This document shows, piece after piece, positions 8,701 through 16,812 of a stretch of 64,000 nt of DNA. How positions within the stretch are numbered: position 1 is the first letter of the stretch; every line of letters starts with the position of its first letter. A model generated the notes under the pieces. The model had not been told where the DNA came from. It saw nothing but the letters and a program-made list of their open reading frames with translations, and made no database searches. The position numbers and the translations under genes were made by a program. This DNA comes from Candidatus Phycocordibacter aenigmaticus (GTDB taxonomy: Bacteria; Patescibacteriota; Minisyncoccia; Phycocordibacterales; Phycocordibacteraceae): NCBI GenBank assembly GCA_045401115.1, contig CP174359.1:483247-547246 (forward strand), in the 5' to 3' direction.

Positions 8701-8799
8701 TATTACATTAAGTGCATATGCCCCGGCAATTAAAAGCGAAATCATCGCTAATACGGTGAACGCGCGTCGTGAAAGAAAGAAGTTCCAGAGTGAATACAT
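5704..8799 (-). CDS. RND-family efflux transporter permease (AcrB/HAE-like, 12 TM with two large periplasmic loops)
   Basis: 1031 aa. N-terminus 'MYSLWNFFLSRRAFTVLAMISLLIAGAYALNVIPKESSPEV' is typical of AcrB. Hydrophobic blocks at about 340-500 and 860-1020 with large loops between them. Confidence 0.85.
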   Translation of the reverse strand: MYSLWNFFLSRRAFTVLAMISLLIAGAYALNVIPKESSPEVVVPIGIVTTVLPGATASDVEQLVTDKLEPSIRNVANIDEVTSSSRSGVSVITAQFVASADIDSSIQDLRNAVEGARAELPSDAEVPTVTKFDFQNQPILMVGVGTDLAPEALTQLGEDLQDELIAIQGVSKVEVAGTRARQISIIVHKNSLAQHNIRVEQVISALRNANASAPAGTITIDDVNYPIQFEGKITDIEDIRTTPIATPTGEITVADIATIIDGFQDTSSISRIKVEGKDSQFALSLNIYKSSSDSIIEVSNRVKDRLKELEETLLTGSTAVITYDTADEVRTSITDLSTSGLQTVLLVMLVLFIAIGFKDALVAAMAIPFSFMIAFLGMFATGNTINFISLFSLIIAIGILVDSGIVVVEGIHTNRENGLDRYAAARKAIRDFGWPLIAGTMTTVAVFIPLFFLSGIIGEFIKSIPFTIVVVLIASIIVSLGFVPSIALHLIKHEKSSFAVKRERLWRSISAWYRKHMQLLFAHRRMQWLFYGVLAIFFVGALALPVTGALKVAMFPPSDYNLFYIEVELPQATALTETDAVARHVESIASEIPYLESLTTTVGAASVFNQNSPGAGTKYANITVNLKENRGDLSSLEITDKLRRDIALTDFGNANVSVFDVDGGPPSGAPIVVKIWSNDTDKLALATEMIENVLEDTSGTRDITSSLANDGTELQISIDRDAANEYGLSTTDIASTLRAAVAGVEATKVRIEGNDLEVRVMFDLNPNFIGPEDTTIAGADEIRNIPIATSRGTVPLGSLTTITADRTSAAISHENGMRIGSVHSYVTENANVIEVTNAVRNAAEQLELPEGVHLTYGGEDEEIQKTFTEMLVALGAGLVLMFAILVLEFNTFSRALRLLSAIPLSLTGVLWGLWLTGQPLSFTAFLGIIALAGVIINHGILLLDAMNTRYRENPDITPHDLVLDTAESRVRPILLTTVTTVVGMIPLVFVDAMWAPLAFTIAFGLLYGTVLTLVFIPLLSYRRELKRVKQK

Positions 8800-8805
8800 A
8801 GGCTA

Positions 8806-10161
8806 TTATTTAATGCGTACGGTTTCTCCTGCCTTACGTCCACGTATGTCTGTAACAATAAATTCATCACCAAGGAGCCCATGTACCGTAATACCATGAG
8901 CAACCACAAGTGATGTTTCAACAGGGATTGCTTCAAGAGTGTTGTCGGCGGTAACTACAAATACAAAAGCTCCGGTTGGGGCGTACTTTACACTTGAAAG
9001 TGGGAGTACATAAGTGTCGCTTGAGTTTGTTTGAGCACTTTTGATGCGACACACATCATTTCCTGCAGAGAGTACATCTCCAATTGATGCATTACATGAG
9101 AGAATAGTGCCAGGCACTCCGGCTTGTACGATTGTTTTTTGATACGCAGCAAGCGCAACTTCATATGCTCCCTGTGCTTGCTTCACTGATGCTTGCGCAG
9201 CGGCGAGTTCAGTATTTTCTGCACCCGCCACTCCTTCTTCAAGATTTTGCGTTGCAGTTTCTAATGCTGTACGTGCTGAAGTTATTGCGGAGAGTGTAGA
9301 TGTGAGCGCAGTACGTGCATTTGTCGCCGCTACTTTATAGGATGCAATATCTGCCTCAGTTACCGAACTACTAGTGATGGCTTCGTTAAGTGATGCAATA
9401 AGTGCATCAATAAAAGTACGTGTTTGACGAGTTTCTATTTCAGCACTGTTCAATTCTGCAATGAGATTTGCGCTGGTAGAAATATCAGATGAAACAGTTG
9501 CTTGTCGCGTAAGTACTTGAGTTAGAAAAACGCGCTGGTTTTCAATATTAATACGTCTTTGGTCATTGCTTGTGGTAAGAGATAAATTTGGCGATGTGCT
9601 TTCTGGATTAGAAAACATTTGATCAGCAGTATCGCGAATAGCACTGTCAATAGTTGCGTACGCCGATAAAAGTGTGTTTACTGCGCCACTTTGCGCTCCT
9701 CTGAACGACGCTTCAAGAATAGCAATTTTTTCGGACCGTGGTCCTGATTGAGTTTTTTCAAATGATGCTTCTGCGGCTTCTAACGCGCCTTCTGCTTGAA
9801 GTAGCGCTGCACGTTGTGATGCATTTTCAAATCGAGCTATTGTAGTGCCGCGCGATACACGTGTCCCTGGAGTAAGCACAGAGAGAATTTTCCCGCTCGT
9901 TTCTGCACGTACGATAGTTTCTGAACCGCTATGTACGGTACCTTGTGAGCCCTGAGTATATTCAGAGACAGGAATTAAAGTTACGAGTGGAGATTTTTCA
10001 GTAACAGTGACTTCATCAGTTGCTGTGTTGGGAGCAAAAAACACAAAACCAACACTTGCAATAATAAGTACACTCACTATTCCGGCAACCCATGCGCGTT
10101 TTGTTCCAAGGCCTTTTAAAAATAACCATAATTTTGGCAAAATACTTAAAACATTTTTCAT
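8806..10161 (-). CDS. Efflux RND periplasmic adaptor / membrane fusion protein (HlyD family)
   Basis: N-terminal TM anchor 'WVAGIVSVLIIASVGFVFFAP', a long Ala/Thr/Gln-rich coiled-coil hairpin, and a C-terminal beta-domain. It sits immediately upstream of the RND permease and overlaps it closely. Confidence 0.75.
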   Translation of the reverse strand: MKNVLSILPKLWLFLKGLGTKRAWVAGIVSVLIIASVGFVFFAPNTATDEVTVTEKSPLVTLIPVSEYTQGSQGTVHSGSETIVRAETSGKILSVLTPGTRVSRGTTIARFENASQRAALLQAEGALEAAEASFEKTQSGPRSEKIAILEASFRGAQSGAVNTLLSAYATIDSAIRDTADQMFSNPESTSPNLSLTTSNDQRRINIENQRVFLTQVLTRQATVSSDISTSANLIAELNSAEIETRQTRTFIDALIASLNEAITSSSVTEADIASYKVAATNARTALTSTLSAITSARTALETATQNLEEGVAGAENTELAAAQASVKQAQGAYEVALAAYQKTIVQAGVPGTILSCNASIGDVLSAGNDVCRIKSAQTNSSDTYVLPLSSVKYAPTGAFVFVVTADNTLEAIPVETSLVVAHGITVHGLLGDEFIVTDIRGRKAGETVRIK

Positions 10162-10169
10162 AATCTAAT

Positions 10170-10424
10170 TTATTTAATAGTATTTAAAAGTTCACGAATA
10201 ATAGCAGCTTTCCCTGTTGCGTGTTCAGCAATACGTTCCAAAGTCTCAAGTTTTGCAGTAATCAACACATCTCCAACTTTAAAGGAAAAAAGAGTATCTC
10301 CTTTTTCAATTGTAAGTTCTTTTCGGGTTTTTGCGGGAATGACTACTTGCCCGCGCTCTCCGACGGTCATAGTACCGCAAAATTCTGGTTTTGGATGTTC
10401 GCTATCGCCACATGAATTGTTCAT
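10170..10424 (-). CDS. AbrB/MazE/SpoVT-family DNA-binding protein (putative regulator of the efflux operon)
   Basis: 'TVGERGQVVIPAKTRKELTIEKGDTLFSFK' matches the swapped-hairpin SpoVT-AbrB motif (G.RGQ..IP...R..L....GD.L). First gene of the minus-strand operon. Confidence 0.6.
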   Translation of the reverse strand: MNNSCGDSEHPKPEFCGTMTVGERGQVVIPAKTRKELTIEKGDTLFSFKVGDVLITAKLETLERIAEHATGKAAIIRELLNTIK

Positions 10425-10489
10425 CGAGGTCTAGCCTATCATTATCTGATTTTTCATACAAGTATGATTTTTTTGTGGAGACAGTATAT

Positions 10490-10759
10490 ATGCGCATGGT
10501 ATACTCACCGCATATGTTTAAGAAAATGAAAAATATGGCACTGCGTGCCATGATGGCAAAACAATTAAAAGGGATGCCAAAAGAGATGCAGGATAAAATG
10601 ATTGCTATGGTTGAGAAAAACCCTGAATTTTTCGAAAAAATGGCAAAAGAGATAAAAGCACGTACTGATCGTGGCGAAGATCAAATGATGGCAATGCAGG
10701 CTGTGGCTAAAGAGCATCAAGCAGAGCTTCAACAAATGATGTTGAGTCAAGAAAAATAA
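10490..10759 (+). CDS. Small methionine/lysine-rich hypothetical protein (about 82-90 aa)
   Basis: Hand-adjusted start (MRMVYSPHMFKKMKNM...; alternative start at 10514). Composition 'MFKKMKNMALRAMMAKQLKGMPKEMQDKMIAMVEKNPEFFEKMAKEIK' resembles the Met-rich C-terminal tail of the SRP protein Ffh. Divergent from the AbrB gene. Confidence 0.4.
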   Translation: MRMVYSPHMFKKMKNMALRAMMAKQLKGMPKEMQDKMIAMVEKNPEFFEKMAKEIKARTDRGEDQMMAMQAVAKEHQAELQQMMLSQEK

Positions 10760-10786
10760 TTACTTGTAAACTGAGGTATAGCATAT

Positions 10787-10818
10787 AGAAAACACGTCTT
10801 AAGTACGTGTTTTCTATT
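10787..10818 (+). terminator. Rho-independent terminator
   Basis: 'AGAAAACACGTCTTAAGTACGTGTTTTCTATTT': stem AAAACACGT/ACGTGTTTT followed by a T-run. Confidence 0.6.
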
Positions 10819-11174
10819 TACCAGAAATAAATTCTTACCTATAATAATAACGTGTGCTGACGATGTAAGCGCAATTAAAAATATTAATGTATCTTCAATA
10901 ATCTTATGGCTTTTACTGAAATGACTCAAAAGGTTGAAAAATGGGCGCCACGGGTTGCAATAACTGGACTTGTGGTACTTGCAGCGGTAACGCTTGCGAT
11001 TCCTGTCGCAGAGGGAGTCTTTGGAATAGATTTAGAGCTTCCAGATAGTGAATAGAATGTAAATTCTTTACGATATACGTAACTATCTTCAGTAACTTTT
11101 TTATCTTAAACACGAGAGAGATTTTATTTATACCCGTAGCCTTTATATGAGTTTTAGCTTATACTCCATTTAAT

Positions 11175-12275
11175 ATGGATTTAAGTATTGGAATCGTAGG
11201 ATTACCAAACGTTGGGAAATCAACGTTATTTAATGCGCTTACCGAAAAAACAGTGCCTGCAGAAAATTATCCTTTTTGTACCATTGATCCCGCAGTAGGT
11301 ATTGTGGCGGTACCTGATCCACGTTTAAAGGCATTGGCAGATATTTCCCATTCACAAGAAGTTATTCCCGCGGCTATTGAGTTTGTTGATATTGCCGGAT
11401 TAGTAAAAGGTGCCTCAGAAGGAGCAGGACTTGGTAATCAGTTTCTCTCTCATATCAGAGAGGTAAACGCTATCGCGCACTTGGTACGTATCTTTGAAGA
11501 TGGTGATATTTCTCATGTTGAAGAGGGTGAACTTAACCCAGTGCGTGACATTGGTATTATCAATCTTGAACTTGTGCTGGCTGATATGCAGACAGTGTCA
11601 AAGCGTTTACAGAGTATTGAGCGCGATGTAAAACGGGGTGATAAAGTTGCAGTGCTTGAACATGAGGCCCTTGCAAAGATTGATGCAGTGCTGTCCGCTG
11701 GTGACTTGGCACAAACTGCTGATCTTTCGGAAAAAGAGATTGAAGCAGTAAAGCAGCTCCACCTTATTACTATGAAGCCAATGATGTATGTACTTAACCG
11801 AAAAGCCGGTGGACATAATTTAGATGAAATGAACAATGAGCGTTGGCAGGAACTAAAAGATTTTTTAGATGGGTTGGACGCAGAATACGTAATGGTGGAC
11901 GCTGCGATTGAAGGTGAGTTGAAAGACGTGGCACACGAAGAAAAAGAAACGCTTCGTCGTGAATTTGGTGTCCATGATAATGGTGTTGATGCACTTATTC
12001 AGCACGCATATTCATTGCTTGGACTTATGAGTTATTTCACGAGTGGTGAAAAAGAAACGCGTGCATGGACTATTGAACGTGGGTCCACTGCACCTGAAGC
12101 AGGAGCCGCAATTCACTCTGATTTTGAAGACAAGTTCATCCGTGCACAAGTAGTGGCATACGATAAATTGGTAGAAGCAGGAAACCTATCGAATGCACGT
12201 GACAAAGGGTGGATGCGCACTGAAGGAAAAGAATATATCGTACAAGAAGGGGATGTTATTGAGTTTAAGATATAA
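11175..12275 (+). CDS. ychF: Ribosome-binding ATPase YchF (Obg-family GTPase)
   Basis: G1 'GIVGLPNVGKST', 'DIAGLVKGAS' and a C-terminal TGS domain 'EYIVQEGDVIEFKI'. Confidence 0.9.
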   Translation: MDLSIGIVGLPNVGKSTLFNALTEKTVPAENYPFCTIDPAVGIVAVPDPRLKALADISHSQEVIPAAIEFVDIAGLVKGASEGAGLGNQFLSHIREVNAIAHLVRIFEDGDISHVEEGELNPVRDIGIINLELVLADMQTVSKRLQSIERDVKRGDKVAVLEHEALAKIDAVLSAGDLAQTADLSEKEIEAVKQLHLITMKPMMYVLNRKAGGHNLDEMNNERWQELKDFLDGLDAEYVMVDAAIEGELKDVAHEEKETLRREFGVHDNGVDALIQHAYSLLGLMSYFTSGEKETRAWTIERGSTAPEAGAAIHSDFEDKFIRAQVVAYDKLVEAGNLSNARDKGWMRTEGKEYIVQEGDVIEFKI

Positions 12276-12283
12276 TACTCACT

Positions 12284-12514
12284 ATGTCGCTTAAAGTAGG
12301 GATATACCGACATTATAAAGGTGGGGAGTATAAGGTGCTCTGCATTGCAAAGGGGCAGTTTAAAGATAGATATGATATGGAAGATATGGTGGTGTATGAA
12401 GCGCTAGAAAACAACACTCTTTCTCAATACTGGGTACGACCTCTGTCTGAGTTCACTGAAGAAGTCGTTATTGATGGCGTACGTGTACCGCGGTTCTCTT
12501 TCCAAGGAGTATAA
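12284..12514 (+). CDS. DUF1653-family small protein
   Basis: Characteristic 'YRHYKGGEYKVL...VVYEALEN...WVRPLSEF' motif. Confidence 0.6.
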   Translation: MSLKVGIYRHYKGGEYKVLCIAKGQFKDRYDMEDMVVYEALENNTLSQYWVRPLSEFTEEVVIDGVRVPRFSFQGV

Positions 12515-12560
12515 AAAGAAGCACATATTTTTACTATATAAAACATGATAAAGTGAAGTT

Positions 12561-13094
12561 ATGAATCAAGAGAACACTTTTAAAGGGAAAAATATTATTA
12601 AATGGGCACTTACTATTGGCATTGCTATAGTGCTTAATATCTTTTTTGCGGTAGCGATTCAAACTGTTACTCCCGCCCCTGAATTTAATGATTTCTGCGA
12701 GCCGCAACAGGTACGGGACTCTATTGATACACAGGAAGAATGTGTCGCTATAGGAGGGCAGTGGAATGAACATGCGCCAAAACTTGAGAATGAACCTGCT
12801 GGGTATTGTAATGAGAACTTCACGTGTTCACAGCAGTACCAAGACGCACAGGAAGAATATACGCGGAATATATTTGTTGCGCTTGTTGTACTCGGTGCAC
12901 TCTCGCTTCTTGCTGGATATTTCCTCCGTATTTCACCTGCAGTTTCCGCCGGTCTCTCCTACGGTGGTGTCTTAACATTCATTATCGCTACTATTCGGTA
13001 CTGGGGAGAAGCGGGTGATATTTTGCGGTTGGCGATAGTTGCCTTTGCGCTTATTGCGTTAATCACTATTGGAATCAAAAAGTTCAGTGAGTAG
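12561..13094 (+). CDS. Hypothetical membrane protein with a Cys-rich extracytoplasmic loop
   Basis: TM1 'WALTIGIAIVLNIFFAVAI', a loop carrying six Cys, and two C-terminal TM segments. No recognisable family. Confidence 0.4.
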   Translation: MNQENTFKGKNIIKWALTIGIAIVLNIFFAVAIQTVTPAPEFNDFCEPQQVRDSIDTQEECVAIGGQWNEHAPKLENEPAGYCNENFTCSQQYQDAQEEYTRNIFVALVVLGALSLLAGYFLRISPAVSAGLSYGGVLTFIIATIRYWGEAGDILRLAIVAFALIALITIGIKKFSE

Positions 13095-13115
13095 CAGTAG
13101 ATACATTCATTTAAA

Positions 13116-15563
13116 ATGGACCGATACGACCACACCGACATAGAGAAGAAGTGGCAAAAACGCTGGGCGGAAGCGGGGGTCTACAACACCGAGGAAAATT
13201 CTAATAAACCAAAAGCGTACGTGCTGGATATGTTTCCGTATCCATCCGGAGAGGGTCTTCATGTGGGACACCCGAGAGGGTATGTCGCCACTGATGTGTA
13301 CTCACGTATGAAGCGTATGCAAGGTTACAACGTGCTTCACCCTATGGGGTGGGATGCATTTGGTCTTCCTGCAGAAAATTTTGCGATAAAAAACAAAGTG
13401 CACCCACGCGAAGCGGTTGAAAAAAATATTGCACGTTTTAAAGAGCAACTTGCGCATATCGGTTTCGATTATGACTGGAATCGGGAAATTAATACAACCG
13501 ATCCCGAATACTATACGTGGACGCAGTGGATTTTTTTGAAGTTATACGAAAAAGGTCTTGCGCATGAATCCTATGAGCCAATAAATTGGTGCCCTTCATG
13601 TCAAACAGGTCTTGCAAATGAAGATATTGAAAATGATGGCACCTGTGAGCGGTGTGGTGCACTTGTTGAAAAAAAACCAATGCGGCAATGGGTTTTGAAA
13701 ATTACTGATTATGCAGACCGACTGCTCGCAGACCTAGAGACTTTGAATGAGTGGCCTGAACACATTAAAGAAGCGCAGCGTAACTGGATTGGAAGGAGTG
13801 AAGGTGCTGAAATAAAATTCTCTATAAAAGGGAGTGATAAAAGCATCGCTGTGTTTACTACACGTCCTGACACGCTGTTTGGTGCAACATACATGGTTCT
13901 TGCGCCTGAGCATCCACTCGTTTCTGAACTTGCTATTGAAAATCGTGATGAAGTAGATGCATATGTTCAGAAAGCTGCTCATAAGAGTGCTATTGAGCGC
14001 GCTGCAGAAGGAAAACAGAAGACAGGGGTGTTGCTTAAAGGAGTGAACGCAATAAACCCTGCCAATAATGAAGAGATACCTCTATATATAGCTGATTACG
14101 TTCTAGCCGAATATGGCACAGGGGCAATCATGGCCGTGCCAGCGCACGATGAGCGCGACAAAGAATTTGCAGAGATTATGAATCTCCCGATTCAACCTGT
14201 CGTGTTACCTTATGATTTACTACAAAAATATTCATCAGAGAGTGAACAAGCTGGGCAACAGTTACTTATAGAAAAATTTAAAAGTGGAGAATTTGTCCAC
14301 GCTGTTTCAGGAGAAGGTATTTTAATTAACTCAGGCGAATTTGATGGACTTGAGGGAGATGAAGCTAAACAAAAAATCACCGAACACGTAGGTGGTCGTA
14401 TGACCACAACGTATAAAATCCAAGATTGGGTGTTTTCTCGTCAGCGTTATTGGGGTGAGCCGATACCTATTATTCATTGTCAAAAATGTGGTGCGGTGCC
14501 TGTTCCTGAAAAAAATTTACCGGTTATATTGCCTGACGTGGAGCAATATGAACCAACAGGTACCGGCGAATCACCATTAGCTAACATTGAGGAGTGGGTA
14601 AACACATCATGTCCAAAGTGTGATTCGCCTGCAAAACGAGAGACCAATACAATGCCACAGTGGGCGGGTTCTTCATGGTATTGGCTTCGGTTTATGGATC
14701 CTTGTAATAATGAAGCGCTTGTAACAGAGAAAAAAGAAAAACAATGGGGACCAGTTGATGTGTATGTTGGCGGCGATCACGCTGTCCGCCACCTTATCTA
14801 TGCGCGTTTTTGGCATAAGTTTCTTTACGATATCAATGTAGTGCATACTATCGAGCCTTTTGCTCGTCTTGAGTTTCTTGGATTTATTCTCGCTGAAGAT
14901 GGTCGAAAAATGAGTAAACGGTGGGGGAACGTTATTAATCCTGACGATGTGATAAAGAATGTTGGGGCGGACTCGTTCCGTATGTATGAAATGTTTATAG
15001 GTCCGTTTGAAAATGCTATTGCGTGGTCTACTAACGGATTAGTTGGGGTGCGAAGATTTTTAGAGCGAGTATGGCGCCTTGCTGATGAGCTACAAGACTC
15101 CCCGGTAGAGTCTATTGAGGTAACCCTTAACCAAACCATTCAAAAAGTGAACACTGATATCGAGCATTTTAAATTTAATACCGCGGTATCGCAGATGATG
15201 ATTTTTGTAAATGAGGCTGAAAAAAAGGGAATTAGCAGAGCTCAGTATACTAGTTTTTTGAAACTACTCGCTCCTTTTGCGCCTCATATGGCTGAAGAGC
15301 TTTGGGAGCGATTGGGAAATGACTTCTCAGTGCATACGGCTCCATGGCCCGAGCATGATCCCAAAAAGGCTATTTCTGAAGAGGTGAAAATCGCGCTTCA
15401 AATAAACGGAAAGACGCGTGGGGCAATCTCGGTACCACGAGATTCCAGTGAAGAGGAGGTTATTGCGCAGCTTAAGATAAACGATAAAACGGCGCGGTAC
15501 ATTGATTTTGAGCCACGAAAGATTATTTTCGTCCCGAACAGAATTATTAATTTTATTCATTAA
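13116..15563 (+). CDS. leuS: Leucyl-tRNA synthetase
   Basis: HIGH motif 'HVGHPRGY', KMSKS motif 'KMSKRWGN', and LeuRS-specific 'MFPYPSGEGLHVGH' and 'WYWLRFMDP'. Confidence 0.9.
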   Translation: MDRYDHTDIEKKWQKRWAEAGVYNTEENSNKPKAYVLDMFPYPSGEGLHVGHPRGYVATDVYSRMKRMQGYNVLHPMGWDAFGLPAENFAIKNKVHPREAVEKNIARFKEQLAHIGFDYDWNREINTTDPEYYTWTQWIFLKLYEKGLAHESYEPINWCPSCQTGLANEDIENDGTCERCGALVEKKPMRQWVLKITDYADRLLADLETLNEWPEHIKEAQRNWIGRSEGAEIKFSIKGSDKSIAVFTTRPDTLFGATYMVLAPEHPLVSELAIENRDEVDAYVQKAAHKSAIERAAEGKQKTGVLLKGVNAINPANNEEIPLYIADYVLAEYGTGAIMAVPAHDERDKEFAEIMNLPIQPVVLPYDLLQKYSSESEQAGQQLLIEKFKSGEFVHAVSGEGILINSGEFDGLEGDEAKQKITEHVGGRMTTTYKIQDWVFSRQRYWGEPIPIIHCQKCGAVPVPEKNLPVILPDVEQYEPTGTGESPLANIEEWVNTSCPKCDSPAKRETNTMPQWAGSSWYWLRFMDPCNNEALVTEKKEKQWGPVDVYVGGDHAVRHLIYARFWHKFLYDINVVHTIEPFARLEFLGFILAEDGRKMSKRWGNVINPDDVIKNVGADSFRMYEMFIGPFENAIAWSTNGLVGVRRFLERVWRLADELQDSPVESIEVTLNQTIQKVNTDIEHFKFNTAVSQMMIFVNEAEKKGISRAQYTSFLKLLAPFAPHMAEELWERLGNDFSVHTAPWPEHDPKKAISEEVKIALQINGKTRGAISVPRDSSEEEVIAQLKINDKTARYIDFEPRKIIFVPNRIINFIH

Positions 15564-15637
15564 ATAGGTTCCCACCTTGTGTTATAAAGAATAAATAACC
15601 AATTACTATTTCGCCACGGTGTGGATAACTCCACAAG

Positions 15638-15666
15638 TTGACGCTATATGTATTTTATGATATAAG
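15638..15666 (+). promoter_or_regulatory. Candidate sigma-70-type promoter for 15709
   Basis: TTGACG (15638-15643), a 17-nt spacer, then TATAAG (15661-15666). Confidence 0.3.
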
Positions 15667-15708
15667 ATATATAGTATTTAGAGCAAAAAACAAAAAGATC
15701 GTAAAAAA

Positions 15709-16731
15709 ATGAGCACTATAAACTTTAAACCGAAAACAGTAGTAAAGCGCCTTATACAGGTGCTTCCTGAGCGTTCGCGTGATGTTATTACCGCGCGATA
15801 TGCACTCAATGGTCAAAAAAAACCAGAAACACTTGATGCAATCGGAAAACGTTACGGTGTTACTCGTGAACGTGTACGCCAAATTGAAAATCACGCGGTG
15901 AAATTGATTCAGGAATCTGAAGTACTTCTCGCTGAAGCGGAATCATTCGGTGCACTTGAAAACGCTATTCGCGATCTTGGCGGTGTCTTAACTGAAGACA
16001 TGATTATTGATACGCTTGCACAGGATGATGATTCAAAGAATCATCTCTACTTTCTTCTTGTTGTTGGCCACCCCTTTAAGGTAGCAAAGGAAGACAAAGA
16101 TTTAACAAAACGTTGGTATGTCGATGGTGAAATTGCTCAAGCCGTAGAAAGTGCTTTAAAAGAAGTGCATAAAAAAGTTCGTCCGTCTGACGTGCTTTCG
16201 GAAAAAGAATTAGTGACTCATGTGAAAGCCTGTCTTGATCGTGTGAGTGCCAAATATCGTGAAGGCGACACAATTTTACGTTGGTTAGAGTTATCGCGAT
16301 GTCTTGTTCGTAATCCGCTTGGTGAATGGGGTCATGCTTCAGCTCCTGGTATTAAAGTGAAGAATATTCGAGATTATGCATATCTTGCAATGAAACGCCA
16401 AGGTTCTCCAATGCATTTCAGAGAAATTGCAAAAGCAATTAGAGAGCTTTTTGGGAAAAAGGCACATGAAGCAACGACCCATAACGAACTCATTAAAGAT
16501 GATCGCTTCGTTCTGGTTGGGAGAGGAATGTATGCGCTCTCTGAATGGGGATATCGGACTGGACCAGTAGCAGAGATTATCGAACATATTCTGAAAGAAC
16601 ACGGACCTCTTTCAAAAGATGAAGTACTACAAAAAGTAAAAGAGGAACGTTGGGTAAAAGACAATACAGTGTATGTGAATCTACAAAGTCCTCGGTTTGT
16701 AAAAAAAGGAGGTAAGTATTCACTTGCATAA
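15709..16731 (+). CDS. Sigma-70 region-4 HTH fused to a C-terminal HARE-HTH (RNA polymerase delta-subunit-like) domain; putative RNAP-associated/transcription factor
   Basis: N-terminus 'LPERSRDVITARYALNGQKKPETLDAIGKRYGVTRERVRQIENHAVKLI' is a sigma-70 r4 signature. C-terminus 'AYLAMKRQGSPMHFREIAKAI...LIKDDRFVLVGRGMYALSEWGY' matches the HARE-HTH consensus seen in Bacillus RpoE (delta). Confidence 0.55.
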   Translation: MSTINFKPKTVVKRLIQVLPERSRDVITARYALNGQKKPETLDAIGKRYGVTRERVRQIENHAVKLIQESEVLLAEAESFGALENAIRDLGGVLTEDMIIDTLAQDDDSKNHLYFLLVVGHPFKVAKEDKDLTKRWYVDGEIAQAVESALKEVHKKVRPSDVLSEKELVTHVKACLDRVSAKYREGDTILRWLELSRCLVRNPLGEWGHASAPGIKVKNIRDYAYLAMKRQGSPMHFREIAKAIRELFGKKAHEATTHNELIKDDRFVLVGRGMYALSEWGYRTGPVAEIIEHILKEHGPLSKDEVLQKVKEERWVKDNTVYVNLQSPRFVKKGGKYSLA

Positions 16732-16742
16732 TATTGCATATA

Positions 16743-16771
16743 AAAAGCCTGTGTAAGAACAGGCTTTTTAT
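16743..16771 (+). terminator. Rho-independent terminator
   Basis: 'AAAAGCCTGTGTAAGAACAGGCTTTTTATT'. Confidence 0.65.
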
Positions 16772-16812
16772 TATGAAGCGCTCCAGTGTTTCATTCCATA
16801 CTATAAGGTGAT

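Noticed and set aside
10747-11113. Minus-strand ORFs 10747-10929 and 10913-11113 in the intergenic region before ychF.
   Set aside because: Their composition (e.g. 'PLRQESQALPLQVPQVQLLQPVAP') looks like translation of non-coding sequence. The plus-strand 49-aa ORF at 10906-11055 is a slightly better, still weak, candidate and is reported separately.
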